Below are positions 11,521 through 24,535 of a stretch of 64,000 nucleotides of DNA, one piece after another. Position 1 is the stretch's first letter. Each line of letters opens with the position of its first letter. The notes beneath the pieces are model-generated. The model saw only the letters and a list, made by a program, of their open reading frames with translations. It made no database searches and was not told the origin of the DNA. Both the position numbers and the translations under genes were made by a program. The DNA comes from Tachypleus tridentatus (Eukaryota). The stretch is from positions 98,889,522-98,953,521 of the forward strand of contig NC_134831.1 of NCBI RefSeq assembly GCF_004210375.1, given 5' to 3'.

Positions 11521-13469
11521 GGGGAAAATTGAACCATTGCATGAGATAAATAGAGGATTATGAGCAAAATTAAGGAAATACGATAAGTAAGTGATAATAA
11601 GGAAGCCAGATTTACAAGAATTTACAGTATTAAAAAATAAAGTTATAATGTATAAGTGTCATCGTCTCTTTTTACAAGTTCCATTGTGTTAAGTGGGCAA
11701 CCAACTGGTTCAGAAAATTTTCCCTTACTCTAAAAATCTCTAGTTGGGAACATCTGAATGAGCCGAGTTTTCCCCTGTTGTTTATTACTAAAACAACCAT
11801 ACATTAACAAATTATATTTTAGTAGACAGATGAAGGTGAAGTCTAGGAACTCTTGATGTCTCCTGCAGCCAACTTTCAGTTTAAATTCTTGGCAGAGTTT
11901 AGCGGCAGTTGTCACTCATCCAATCTCATGTTGGACATGATAAAACGAACATTATACACATGCTTATTATATGTACGTAGATTCTCTGTTGTAATTTAAA
12001 ACTCTACGTGGTGTCTGGAAAGTCTGGAAGCACAGGCACTACGGTGAATTTTACGGAATATTTCCCTTGTAATTCAAAATAAGCTTGGATTAACTTGACC
12101 TTTTCATGCTTTGACAACACCATAATCAGTCAGGTGACAAATATTAAGGAAAGCTGCAACAAACTGTTATACCAGGTGTCTGGAAAGTCTGGAAGCACAG
12201 GTAAAGTATTTGGTGTTTGTAGGGGAAGGGGGGATAAAAAAAAACAGAATACTTCTAGGAGCTTTGTTTACTAAATACAGACATGAACAACTGTTATTGC
12301 TGCAAGTCTTTACTACTATTATGTCCTTTTAAGTGATTGTAATATTCTGTTAAATGTGTTTATCACTCATCAATATCTTGGCCATTTCTTTACAGTAGAA
12401 ATGAATGTGGTTACCTCCACGATTTCAGAAGTTTCTAACATGGTGTGCAAGTAAGACTGAATGTGTATGACTTTCATGACTAGAAACTGATTGAAATTGG
12501 TTCTTAATAGTTAAATCTTTAAGGTTGGATGTTAGCCTTGGAGTCAAATTTTACTAGTGTCCTCGCTGTCATTATTCTGGTTAGGAATATTTTTGGAGCT
12601 TTTTTTACTTATTTCTAGATGGAGAATGTCGTTTACATAGCTCTCTTTTTATGGATTCTTATTGGAATGTTCTCAATAGTAAAATCTATTTAACTCTTAG
12701 CTCATTAGCAGTAGATTCTCAGAATTCTTTTCTCTTTCTCCTCTAAACTTTCATCTTCCACAATAAAAGGGCACACCATCATTTCTCTCTTTTCCAACTA
12801 AAGAACATCAGTTGTTGAAGATTCACTCTGTCATATTTTTCATATAACTCTTCCTCATGCACTTGACTCTTTTGGTGGTAACGGGGCATTTCACAACCTA
12901 ATTAAATGATTCTGGACAAGCATAAAAACTAATTCTAAAACATCATCAGTCACAGGTGAATTTGTCCAAAAAACTTTACAGGCAAGGCATTTAGACATAC
13001 CATGCGATTTCTATCCCTTTATTCAATATAAAGTTTGAGAACTTTTGTGCGTACCGTGTATGCACACTTGACACAGAATGTCAGTTAGGGAAGCTAATAA
13101 ATTTCTCTTGCTATAGTTACCCAGCTAACTTATTAAAATACTCAAATTATCAGTGTATTTAAGTACACATTAATAATAATAATTACACAAATATCTAGAA
13201 TTTTAACTTTTAACCTACAAAACTAGGTCAGTCAGCTAAGGAGGTGTCACATGCACTTTCTTGTGATAAAAACTGTTGTATGTCCAAAATTCACTAATTA
13301 ATTATAAGCAGAAGACAACTTAGATTTGATTTCATCCTTTCTCACAACTCTGCATGAAAATCTCTCAGTAAAAATAAAAACCACAACATTAAAAAACTTA
13401 CATAGAAAAAAAAAACAAGATGGTAACATGTAAATCGACAGATTTTCCATATTCAGACACTATGTTATT

Positions 13470-13796
13470 TTGATGTCCCAGAAGCTTTTGACATGGTGTG
13501 GCATGAGGTTTCAGATATAAACTACACAATATTAGCATTCTGACCCCATGTTTAACATGTTCTCACTTTTTATCACTAATGGCTGGAGTCCCTCAAGGAT
13601 CCATACTAAGCCCCATATTTTACAATGTATTTGTTAACAACATACCCCCCCACACACACACTTCTTTAATGTATAGATTAACCTTCCAATATGGAGATGA
13701 CATAGCTATGTGGAGTGCATCAAGTAACACTCATAATGTCACTTACAGAGTTCAAGCCTCACTTAATACAACATCAGAATGGTGTAATAAATAATG
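13470..13796 (+). mobile_element. Non-LTR retrotransposon RT fragment (pseudogene).
   Basis: Translations show ..FDVPEAFDMVWHE.. and ..AGVPQGSILSPIFYNVFVNNIP...QYGDDIAMWSAS, i.e. the RT motifs KAFDxVxH, GVPQGSxLSP and YADD, spread over two frames. Confidence 0.7.
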
Positions 13797-15873
13797 TGTT
13801 ACCTTTACCAAAACATAAGCAGAATAAATAGGTCCAGGAGAAAACTTAGGAATTTAAAACTACAATTAAGTAGTACAACAGCCAATATATTAAGTTCATA
13901 GGTCTAGCCTTTCCATCCAACATATCCTGATATTAATGACATTAACAGCAGAACTTGTGCCAGAATTAATTATCTTAAGACATATTGGTGACTTCAACAA
14001 AGGTTGCTCCATCAAAACCATTATCACAATTTATAAAGCTTACTTTTGACTCCTTTTCAAGTAATGGTAACGTAGTAACAAGACAAACAACCAATATAAC
14101 AAAATACAGAATCTACAGAATTAAATACCCCCCCTAAAAAAAAAAAATCTTAAGTCCTGTCAACAATCAAATAAACACAATATCTCCTAATTTATAAAAA
14201 TACTTTATGATGATGTCAGCAAATTAATAAGAAAACAAAAACTATAGAAGTCAAAACTCAAACAAATTCCATGTAATGAAAGTTCTAAGTACTAAAAGGT
14301 TTTAAAGGTATCCATAAAAATGGGCCCCCTCATGGGAAGAAAGAGAAGCTTTGTGCAAGTCTTAAACATATTGCTTATCTTGACCTTGGCATTTCTGTTA
14401 GTGATTTTAAAATTTGCTACTATCAAATACTATAATACAGAGAAAACATTATAAGCTATAAAACCAGTGTCTATTACTAAAAACTAAGAGAACCTGACGT
14501 GTCCTACTCTCAGATAGCAAAGACAAACATTATGGTAATGAAATACCTGTTCTTTATTGTTTTTGTATATTTATTAACACAATCACAGACATGAAACATT
14601 TAAAATGGTAATTGTGGATGCACAGTAACAACTTGTTTTGGACTTGTAGTTGCACAATTTTTAACCATAATAACAAGCTACTAACCTTGAAGTAATTTTA
14701 ATTTGTTTGAAACTTAGTAAAAGTTTAAACACCTTAGACAATAGATTGGCTTGTTTCAAAGTTACATAATAAGTATCTATGTCCATAATTTTAAACCATT
14801 TGCTTCTTTTGAAATTAAGCATTAAAAGTTATTTGTGGTCTGTCCACTATCAGTATTAATCCTTTCGGCGAGATTGGCGACTGCAGTTGAACTGAAGTCT
14901 CAGTACGGCAGGCAACCTTCCTTTATTCCTGTTCTTCTTATGTATTTAATTTAACATATATAGTATTGGGTACAATCACTGAACATTTCAGGGACTTTTG
15001 TTGAGTTATTGCCAAGATATCATGTTTTTAGTACTGATACCGTAATTAGTTGAAGTATCAAACATATATATTCAGCACCATACCAAACATTCAAAGTTGT
15101 TATTTAGTGCTGAAAGGGGTAAAACCCATTTTCTGGCAGTGTGAGTCTACAGAGGTACTGTTGTTCCACTGGAGGGCAGTTTTGAACTGAAAAAATTACT
15201 TGGGTTATTCTAAGATTTGAAGTACCCATGACCTCAATGTGGAGTGTAATTTTTTCTTTGTTTTTGGTAACAGGATACAAACCATTGACCTTGTTTCCAC
15301 AGTCCAACACACTAACTATAAGGCCAAGCTCAACCCTTTAACGTTAGGAAACGTTAGTCTGTAATTTCTGGAGTTCAAGAAAAGCTGTGTATGATAAATA
15401 TACTATCTGAATTTTGAGAAAACTAATTTAAAAACTGCAAGATTAGTAGCAACCACCATTTACAAATACTATCTTAAACATATTTCTATGGAAAATACAA
15501 CCACTGTTACTGCACGTCCTCCAAACATAATTTGAATAAAAAGTTCTTTGAGATAACAATTTCAATCAATGGTAACAACAAAAAAGGCTTCCTTTGATTT
15601 AGCCTAATCTAAGAAGTAACAAACATGTTATTATTTGTTTAATGTTGCTAGAGAAATAGTGAGTAAAGAAAACAATCTACACATTTCAGAAAAAACAACA
15701 CAAATATCAATATGGTGTCGAAGTTACAACTGCATCAAAACATTGCAGTAAATTACTAACTAACCATAAATGGTTTTATTATCTTAATTTCTATTAACTG
15801 TTACCAAGACTAATAATAGAAATATTTATTGTGTAACCCATTGGATGATGATATAACAAAATTACATAATTAA

Positions 15874-15951
15874 CAACACAACGGAGTGCTTGAAATTAAC
15901 GACACAACGGAGTGCTTGAAATTAACAACACAATGGAGTGCTTGAATTTCT
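15874..15951. repeat. Short tandem repeat, 27-bp unit (aacaacacaacggagtgcttgaaatta), 3 copies.
   Basis: Seen directly in the sequence. Confidence 0.85.
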
Positions 15952-16207
15952 GACTGTGAATGTGTGATGATGCTAGTCTGTCAATCAGTGTAATTTCTCA
16001 GAATGTGATATCCATTTGATAAACTAGTCTACACTTCTTCTCTGTGCTGAAATAAAGAAATGTTACAAATAAGCAAGTGCTCTGTGTTATACACTTCATA
16101 TTTTTATAAATGCACACTAATATAATATACTTAAAATACTTAAATGTTACTACGTTTATCACACTCTAAAGATTACAAACTATCTTAGTTTACTAGAAAC
16201 ATTATAC

Positions 16208-16318
16208 CTGAGATGATTTGACTCCAATAAGTCCTTTTGCTGTACTGAAGAGGTTAAGAGGAGTGGCGCCATCTGTAATTAATGCTGATTGGATGCCAAG
16301 CCCTTGTAAGAGCTTCAC
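16208..16318 (-). CDS. MVP: MVP exon m. Encodes [37 protein letters not shown]. It ends at a donor site, so at least one more 3' exon exists.
   Basis: Acceptor ttatttccag|GTGAAG and donor TCTCAG|gtatat. Matches human [34 protein letters not shown]. Confidence 0.85.
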
Positions 16319-17164
16319 CTGGAAATAAATCATTTATAAAAAAAAAGCACACTTCTATAGAGTTTAAAATTAATTCTATATGTGACCTTCAATCTATAAT
16401 ACAATTATTGATAGTAATTAATATATTTCTATTTCATCAAACATTTAAATTAAACTCGAAACAACTATGCTGGAGGTGAACATGTAGTTAACTTTAACAG
16501 GAAATGATACATTACATTTCTTTTAAAATTAAAAAACAAACATCAACAAATATTAAAATTAATAGAAAACTATAATGAAAAATTTGTAGTTTTCTAGTTT
16601 TAACACACATTTATTTCTTGCTTTTTATTTATTTTTACTCATAAAATTATATATTTATTTAAAGGTTTCTCATGTTTCTTTTACTTTTATGAGTTACTCC
16701 AAATTAATCGCATAGAAGTTTCAAACATACAGTTTCATATAAAAATGCCTCATCACTCAAATCTTTAAGTTTTCAATGCATTCTGTGATTAAGACAGACA
16801 TAACATACATTTATAAAAACTAAGTAAAGTTTCATGTTCTCAAAAGGGCATCTTATAAATGTGATCTGCAAAAAACATTATAATGGATTTGAGCAAAAAT
16901 AACAGATACACAAAATGAATACTTTATCAAAATCAAAGCTATTAGTGGTGTTCTACTTACAAGTTGAGAGAACACAATGTAGAGAACACAAGAGAAATAT
17001 AAATCATTGATTTATTCTTTTTCACTTTATGTCTCTTTAAACATAGACTCGGACATGGAACTGACCTCATAACCAGTTTGTGCTTATTATGGTTTTTATG
17101 CTGTTACTTTGAAATCAGTAAGCATATGTTCACAAAATTTGATAGATTACACTATGTAACACAA

Positions 17165-17580
17165 ATTTTGTTCCTGGATAGTGTGTGTTATTTCTTAACT
17201 GCTTATGTTGTAAAAGTACAGAAAATGGCCATTATTCCCTTCAAACTTTGCTTTTGTGACCTGGATAATGAAATTTAGAAATTAACCTATTTTCTAGGTA
17301 AAAACAGGCAATAAAACAACATATGAACCAAGATTTACATGTATTTATACTAAAGTTATACAAAAATGTTTAGAAGTGAGTAGTTTTTCGAGATTTGCGA
17401 CTGTAATGTAAATCACTTTCACGTATCAGCCTCCAAATACAGTCTCCCATCATGTTTTCGTTATACACTCCCAGGTCACAAAAGCAAAGTTTGAACAGAA
17501 AAATAGGTTTTTTCCATTTACTTTAGGCATAAGCAATTGGGAAATAACATTTTGTGCCCAGGAACAAGAAAAAGTAAAAA
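17165..17580. mobile_element. MITE-like element, copy 2, inverted relative to copy 1. It lies in the MVP intron between exons m and l.
   Basis: Its termini are ttgttcctgg ... ccaggaacaag. The internal inverted repeats are cccttcaaactttgcttttgtgacctgg and caggtcacaaaagcaaagtttgaac. Its reverse complement aligns with 3100..3515 along the full length. Confidence 0.65.
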
Positions 17581-17785
17581 TGTTGTTACTTAGTGTTATC
17601 AATAAATATTACAATGCATTAGTACACAAAATTTGATTTGTTTTACTGAGTCTTAAGATTTGCCAACTAATGTTTTTCTTATGCCTTTTTTCTTCTTGCA
17701 TATTTCTCATCCAAGAAGCAAAATTATTTTATTTTTAAGATTATAAATACTTTTATGCATCAGAAAAGTTTCATATTTCACATAC

Positions 17786-18257
17786 ATTTCTTATAATGTC
17801 TAGATAGTTATCAAATACTTCTTATAATGTCTAGATAGTTATCAAACATTTCTTATAATGTCTAGATAGTTATCAAACATTTCTTATAATGTCTAGATAG
17901 TTATCAAACATTTCTTATAATGTCTAGATAGTTATCAAACATTTCTTATAATGTCTAGATAGTTATCAAGCATTTCTTATAATGTCTAGATAGTTATCAA
18001 GCATTTCTTATAATGTCTAGATAGTTATCAAACATTTCTTATAATGTCTAGATAGTTATCAAACATTTCTTATAATGTCTAGATAGTTATCAAGCATTTC
18101 TTATAATGTCTAGATAGTTATCAAACATTTCTTATAATGTCTAGATAGTTATCAAACATTTCTTATAATGTCTAGATAGTTATCAAACATTTCTTATAAT
18201 GTCTAGATAGTTATCAAACATTTCTTATAATGTCTAGATAGTTATCAAACATTTCTT
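17786..18257. repeat. Tandem minisatellite, 31-bp unit (catttcttataatgtctagatagttatcaaa), about 15 copies. It lies in the MVP intron between exons m and l.
   Basis: Period 31 bp, with aaca/agca variants. Confidence 0.95.
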
Positions 18258-19570
18258 AAGAAACATCTTTATATTTTATCTGTTATTTTCACTAACAAAT
18301 CTCCATTCAGATTCATTCAATTTGACTGGTTATTGTAACCATTATAAAAAATTACAAAACCAATATAAATTATGCCTGTTTCATTCTAGAATGACTAGAG
18401 ATAACATGTTTAGACTAAGTAGTTTAAATTTTATAACATTAAACATTTATGAATATTTATTACTTTTTATTATATCGACCTTTCAGCCATTCCTGGCTAA
18501 CAACACAAAAGTTACAATCACACAGCTCATGTCCATTCCTGTTACCAATCCAATAATACAAAACTGACCAGTCTTGATAATGTTTTGTGGACTAGTAATT
18601 TGTATAATACAGTCAAATTTCATTTATTATACATTATTACTATTTACAAATAGATTCTCAAACTTATAAAGAAGTAAAACAAACAGTTATTTCTTCTAGT
18701 TACAACCTTTGTATTCGGTTACTGCTCGTTGTAGCTTGCTAAACCTTAATAAACTGTGCATGTGGAAGACTTGAAAAGTAATAATATTTCTTCAGTTTTA
18801 TATATACTTTTGAATAATAATAAAAAACTCTGCTACATCACAGAATTCCTTTATAATTTATCAAGTTTAGTTACTAAACTCTGTTTGGGTTTAAGAGAAA
18901 AGGAATTTTGAACAGGCTAAAGACTCAACTTACCAGCACAAAGGTTTCTCTCAAAAGAAAGTGATGCCCCAGTTATATTTGAAAATGGCTGATGAAACCA
19001 CTAAAGAGGTATTCTGAGTTTTCAATTGGTTATAACATATCATATATATATATATATAATAAGTGTATATAAAACACAGTTTCAAAAAATAAAAAGTGAT
19101 AAGAGGACCATTGTCTTTGATTGAATACAAGAATGATATCTAAGCAAATAGAAAAGAGAGAAGTTTCTTATTTCATATTCTAGCTTGTCAATATTGGTAA
19201 TTTGAGTTCCTAATTCATACAAAACTACAGACTTTGAATCTTGACATCACAAACATTCAATTTAAACCAGTGTACTGGATTCAGAATACGACACAACACA
19301 AAAATCTGTGTTTAGGTGCATTTTTTAATATTTATTTTTAAATTAAGAGGCCAAATAATGTATAATACAAAGTTCTACACTGTAATCTACAGTTGGATAC
19401 CAAACTTAATGATACAAATTCAAGAAATAATAGTTCAGTAAAGTTTTGAATGCAAATCAACAAACATGACAAGATGACCTTTGACCCATGACCTATTTGG
19501 AAAGGGTTATACGAACACAAAATGCTACTTCCCATAACACTGGATTTAAAATTACGTCCTACACACTCAC

Positions 19571-19759
19571 CTGTAATTCAGGACCTGCTCGAGCAATGAA
19601 ACTAATTGTTTCTCGACCCAAAGAACCCACTATACTTTTGAACTTCTGAATATCAATATCAGCTAGTTCTTTAACTTTTTCCACTTCCAAATTAATCTGT
19701 TGCTGAAGATACTGGACCTCAGCTTGTCTTGCACAAGACAGTCGTTTCAATTCAGTTTC
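19571..19759 (-). CDS. MVP: MVP exon l. Encodes ETELKRLSCARQAEVQYLQQQINLEVEKVKELADIDIQKFKSIVGSLGRETISFIARAGPELQ.
   Basis: Acceptor tttcctttag|GAAACT and donor TTACAG|gtgagt. Matches human ..[41 protein letters not shown]. Confidence 0.85.
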
Positions 19760-20061
19760 CTAAAGGAAAAATAAACACAGGGAAAGTAAGAAAAAACACG
19801 TGTATTTATACACACCATGATTTTTTAGAGAATTAGAAAACTACTTTCTGTTTGATAATATTATAGTTCATTACACTTGATCATATAAAACACACAAATT
19901 ATTTTAGATTCTTCTTACATCTAACCTACAGCTTACTCTGGCTCATAATAAAACAATATTCATCCCTCCAAAGAATTTTTTATTTGTCTTCAAAAACTGT
20001 GGCATGTTACTAAACTGCACAGCATTTTAATATCATGTAAGAAATAAGTTCCAAGACGTAC

Positions 20062-20305
20062 TGCTTCAATTCTCAAAGCCTCTCCTTTTAATTTGGCTTT
20101 TTCCACTTCCGATCTACCCTCTATCAGTTGTGACTCGACACGGCTCTGGGCCTCTGCTTTGGCTTGCCCACAGCTCTCCACCACCATGCTGGAAGCTTGT
20201 AACTCAAGTAGTTCTTTCCTAGCACGTTCAACTTCCACTTCGTCCGCGATCTTCTGTCTTTCGAGATGCCCTTTGGCTTCTTGTTCACGCCTTTCTGCCT
20301 CGTGC
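20062..20305 (-). CDS. MVP: MVP exon k. Encodes (R)[81 protein letters not shown]. This is the shoulder and cap-helix coiled-coil region.
   Basis: Acceptor ttgttggcag|GCACGAG and donor GAAGCA|gtacgt. Matches human [80 protein letters not shown]. Confidence 0.85.
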
Positions 20306-20344
20306 CTGCCAACAATGTTTGAAGTTAGTATTTGTTCATTTCGA

Positions 20345-20485
20345 TTTTCATGCAAAGCTACCTATCTGTGCTAGCTAGCCCTAACTTAGCAGTGTAAGAC
20401 TAAAGGGAAGGCAGTTAGTCATTACCACCAACTGTCAAGTCTTAGGCTACTCTTTTACCAACACATAGTGGAGTTGGCCATCACA
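20345..20485 (-). mobile_element. tRNA-derived SINE copy E. It is truncated to the tail half and abuts the 3' end of the CR1-like LINE.
   Basis: The sequence catgcaaagctacctatctgtgctagctagccctaacttagcagtgtaagactaaagggaaggcag... matches the family tail and body. The head is absent. Confidence 0.65.
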
Positions 20486-20499
20486 TTATAATGGAAAAT

Positions 20500-23340
20500 A
20501 GATGATACATCAACACAATCAGTTCTCTCTACAATCTCAAACACTTCAATCAAACTGCCCCTAAATCTTCTTTTATTAAGAAAACAGAATTTGAAAGACA
20601 TGACAACCCCTCCATCCCAGTTACCCTTCTCTGAACCTTTCCCAACAATTCAATGTCTTTCCTAAGGTAAGGAGCCCAAGGCTGAACACAGTATTCCAAA
20701 TGTGGACTAACCAGTGACTTAAACAATGAAATTATGACCTCTTTAGAATTTCTGGAAATACAACTAAAATCCTATTTACTTTACCACTAACAACAGCACA
20801 CTGCTTGGATAGCTTTAGAAACCATCTGTTGCATCCTTTCCTTCATGACACTGTTACGGTAATTCCAATTCAAGTTACCCACATACAATATCTTGCATTT
20901 ATAATAATTAAAATCCATCTGCCATTTATTCACCCAACTCACTGAATGATCTAAATCATTTTGTAAAGCAGCAGCTACCAACATCCAAGACCTTAATATC
21001 ATCAACAAATGTAAGTAATTTATTGACCATTCCTTTATCTACGTCACTGATGTAAATCAAAAAGAATAAAGGTCCAAATACTGACCCCTGAGATACCACA
21101 CTTGTGACATTAATCCAGTTTGAGTGAACTCCATTTGTAACAACCCTTTGCTTCCATCCATCCATCCACTCTTCTATCCAACATGCTAACTTATCACCCA
21201 CACCAAGAGACTTTTTTTTTACAAGCCTTTTATGTAGCACCTTGCCAAATACTTTCTGAAAATCCAGATACACCAAATCCACACCCTTATGCTCATCTAC
21301 ATAAGCAGTAACCTTTTCAAAGAATGTTGAAAGATTTGTAAGGCATGATTGTCCCTTAAAGAAAACATGTTGACCATCCAATAATATTCTAAATTTTGTT
21401 AAATGACTTTGGAAAGCATCCTTTAACAGACTTTCCAACCCCCCCCCCCCCATCTGATTAGTGTCTTCACATAACTCAACTGTCAAACCAACCCCCCCAT
21501 CTGATCAGTGTCTTCACAAAACTCAACTGTCAAACCAACCCCCCCATCTGATTAGTGTCTTCACATAACTCAACTGTCCAATTCGCAACAGATAGTTCTT
21601 GTTGCACTCTTTTAAACCTAGTTCTTTTGAAATCTGAAACCAATATATCATTCTTTATTATCTTCATATGCAACAAAACATTGACCCTAGTAGAGCAATG
21701 ATTACTTGTACCCAGACGTTCCCCATTATCCACCCACTCAATCATTTGTATAATAGAAGTTAACAATAAATCCAAAATATTATTGAATCTAGAAGGTTCA
21801 TTGACTAATTGGTTAAGAAAGCCACCCTGAACAGTTTACAAACAAAACAAACTTTCCTCCCTCATGGTTTGACTCTTGCATTTCCCACTCTACATGTCTG
21901 AATTTAAAATCAGCCATAATAATGACCAGCTGAAATATTAACCGTATTGTAAAGTTTCTCACTAATTTCATCAATATCATTTGGTGGTCTGTAACATACT
22001 CCCACTTCTCCCTTTATACTCATTAATATCATTTGGTGGTCTGTAACATACTCCCACTTCTCCCTTTATACTCATTAATATCATTTGGTGGTCTGTAACA
22101 TACTCCTACTTCTCCCTTTATACTCATTAATATCATTTGGTGGTCTGTAACATACTCCCACTTCTCCCTTTATACTCATTAATATCATTTGGTGGTCTGT
22201 AACATACTCCTACTTCTCCCTTTATACTCATTAATATCATTTGGTGGTCTGTAACATACTCCCACTTCTCCCTTTATACTCATCAATATCATTTGGTGGT
22301 CTGTAACATACTCCTACTTCTCCCTTTATACTCATTAATATCATTTGGTGGTCTGTAACATACTCCCACTTCTCCCTTTATACTCATCAATATCATTTGG
22401 TGGTCTGTAACATACTCCCACTTCTCCCTTTATACTCATTAATATCATTTGGTGGTCTGTAACATACTCCTACTTCTCCCTTTATACTCATTAATATCAT
22501 TTGGTGGTCTGTAACATACTCCTACTTCTCCCTTTATACTCATTAATATCATTTGGTGGTCTGTAACATACTCCCACTTCTCCCTTTATACTCATTAATA
22601 TCATTTGGTGGTCTGTAACATACTCCCACTTCTCCTTTATACTCATTAATATCATTTGGTGGTCTGTAACATACTCCTACTTCTCCCTTTATACTCATTA
22701 ATATCATTTGGTGGTCTGTAACATACTCCTACTTCTCCCTTTATACTCATTAATATCATTTGGTGGTCTGTAACATACTCCCACTTCTCCCTTTATACTC
22801 ATTAATATCATTTGGTGGTCTGTAACATACTCCTACTTCTCCCTTTATACTCATTAATATCATTTGGTGGTCTGTAACATACTCCTACTTCTCCCTTTAT
22901 ACTCATTAATATCATTTGGTGGTCTGTAACATACTCCCACTTCTCCCTTTATACTCATTAATATCATTTGGTGGTCTGTAACATACTCCCACTTCTCCCT
23001 TTATACTCATTAATATCATTTGGTGGTCTGTAACATACTCCCACTTCTCCCTTTATACTCATTAATATCATTTGGTGGTCTGTAACATACTCCTACTTCT
23101 CCCTTTATACTCATTAATAAAAACCCAAATGGATTGAATCTTCTTGCTGTTATCTTTAACAGGATGTAACTCACATTTAACATACAAAGTCACTCCCCTT
23201 CTATCCACTTTAATAGCCTGTAACCTTGTATTTCAAAGAAACCTCCATAATAAAAATGATCTGTGTTTAACCATGTTTCAGTTATTTCCATTACATTAAA
23301 ATCACCCATTCCTACCAGTGCTCTAAAGTCATTATATTAT
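20500..23340 (-). mobile_element. CR1-like non-LTR retrotransposon (LINE), degenerate. It has an endonuclease domain at roughly 21600..23340 that is interrupted by the 52-bp array. The RT N-terminal domains are lost and replaced by a roughly 55-bp triplication at 21440..21600. RT motifs and a C-terminal region follow at 20560..21486.
   Basis: Minus-strand translations show: ITETWL...YRPP...IIMADFKFRHVEWE...LDLLLTS for the endonuclease; FFKGQSCLTNL...VDLVYLDFQKVFGKVLHKRL...VVTNGVHSNWINVTSVVSQGSVFGPLFFLIYISDVD...FVDDIK for the RT; and LQNDLDHSVSWVNKWQMDFNYYKCKILYVG...SLFKSLVSPHLEYCVQPWAPYLRKDIELLGKVQRRVTGM at the 3' end. A C13 run lies at 21438..21450. Confidence 0.8.
21962..23118. repeat. Tandem minisatellite, 52-bp unit (ctcattaatatcatttggtggtctgtaacatactccYacttctccctttata), about 22 copies. 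It is embedded in the CR1-like LINE endonuclease region.
   Basis: Period 52 bp. The reverse-complement unit translates to IKGEVGVCYRPPNDINE, the conserved YRPP segment of a LINE endonuclease domain. Confidence 0.9.
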
Positions 23341-24180
23341 TTATTACAATAGTAGTAGTTAAGCCTATCCTTATAACTACTTCTATACTTATTTCCTATG
23401 CTAAACTTTTCACTACCCCTTATTCTTTTCACATTTAGTTTTTCCTGGCCTTCACTGCTGTCTAGTTATTGTTTAAAACTTTCCTTACAGCTGAGTTAAT
23501 AAGTCTTAGCAAACAAGCCAGCCCCTACCTTATTTAAATGTAAATTCTCCAGTCCAAAAAAAAAAAAAACTCTGTTCTTCATTCTTCCACTGAACTAATC
23601 CCACAAGTCCAACCAGCCAATCTGCTCATCTTTACATACTAACCTAAGCCTAACATTTAGCTCTAGTGTCCTACTTCATCCACACAATTAATTCTGGGGA
23701 GCATCCGTGACAAAATTAAGTTATGGCCCTCATCTTTAAATGTCTTTATTAACCCTTTGTACTTATTATTTCTTCTTACCTACCTATCCCTACATTATTA
23801 GGCCCTACCTGCAGTGCAAAAACTGCATTTCTGCTAGCCCCCTTCATTATATCTCCTGCTTTGTCAGTTACATCCTTCACTTGTGCCCCTGGGTAGCATA
23901 AACCGATTCATAATTCCCTATTTACCCTAATTTATGGTATGTTAAAAACTTTTACAACTCTACATAAAACAACACTGTATTCATTGATATTACATTTTCA
24001 ACTCTCAATAAAACACCCTTTTTACTGAGAACCACACAGTTACCAGTCATAACAAAGTAAGAACCCTTTATCTTGTAACAATGAAAGAGGAAAGACACAC
24101 GATTGTATACACATTCCAAATATGACCCTAGCAAAACATGTTTCCAGTTGCAGGTTAATTAGAAAACAGAAAATGCTTAC

Positions 24181-24392
24181 CTTGCAGTAGCCTCTAGACT
24201 CTGTGTAGTTATTTCAATAGCCAGCTGTACAGATCTCAGTAACGAGTCTCTTGTTCTCTGATCCACAGGTTCTACACTTTGGATGTCTACACTAGTGATT
24301 ACTAGGTTGTTCTGAGGAAACATGAACTGTTTTCTCATCCTAAGATTCTCGTCGTATCCAAACACAGCCGTGCAGATTATTTTTGCAGAGTT
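24181..24392 (-). CDS. MVP: MVP exon j. Encodes [70 protein letters not shown](R).
   Basis: Acceptor ttgcatacag|AACTCT and donor GCAAG|gtaagc. Matches human NSARIIRTAVFGFE...[50 protein letters not shown]. Confidence 0.9.
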
Positions 24393-24535
24393 CTGTATGC
24401 AAGTCAGAAAGTTGTTGAGATAAAAGATAATAAAAACAATATTATTATTTGCAAAATTGCTTTAACTCAATTGAAACTTACTTCAAGACTGAGAGAGTTA
24501 AGCTTTAGTGTTTACTAATTCACAACATTAACTTA

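Noticed and set aside
20093-20374. A 93-aa + ORF and the overlapping ORF 20124..20315 (minus strand).
   Set aside because: They overlap MVP exon k in other frames and on the other strand. They are low-complexity S/A/C-rich shadow ORFs.
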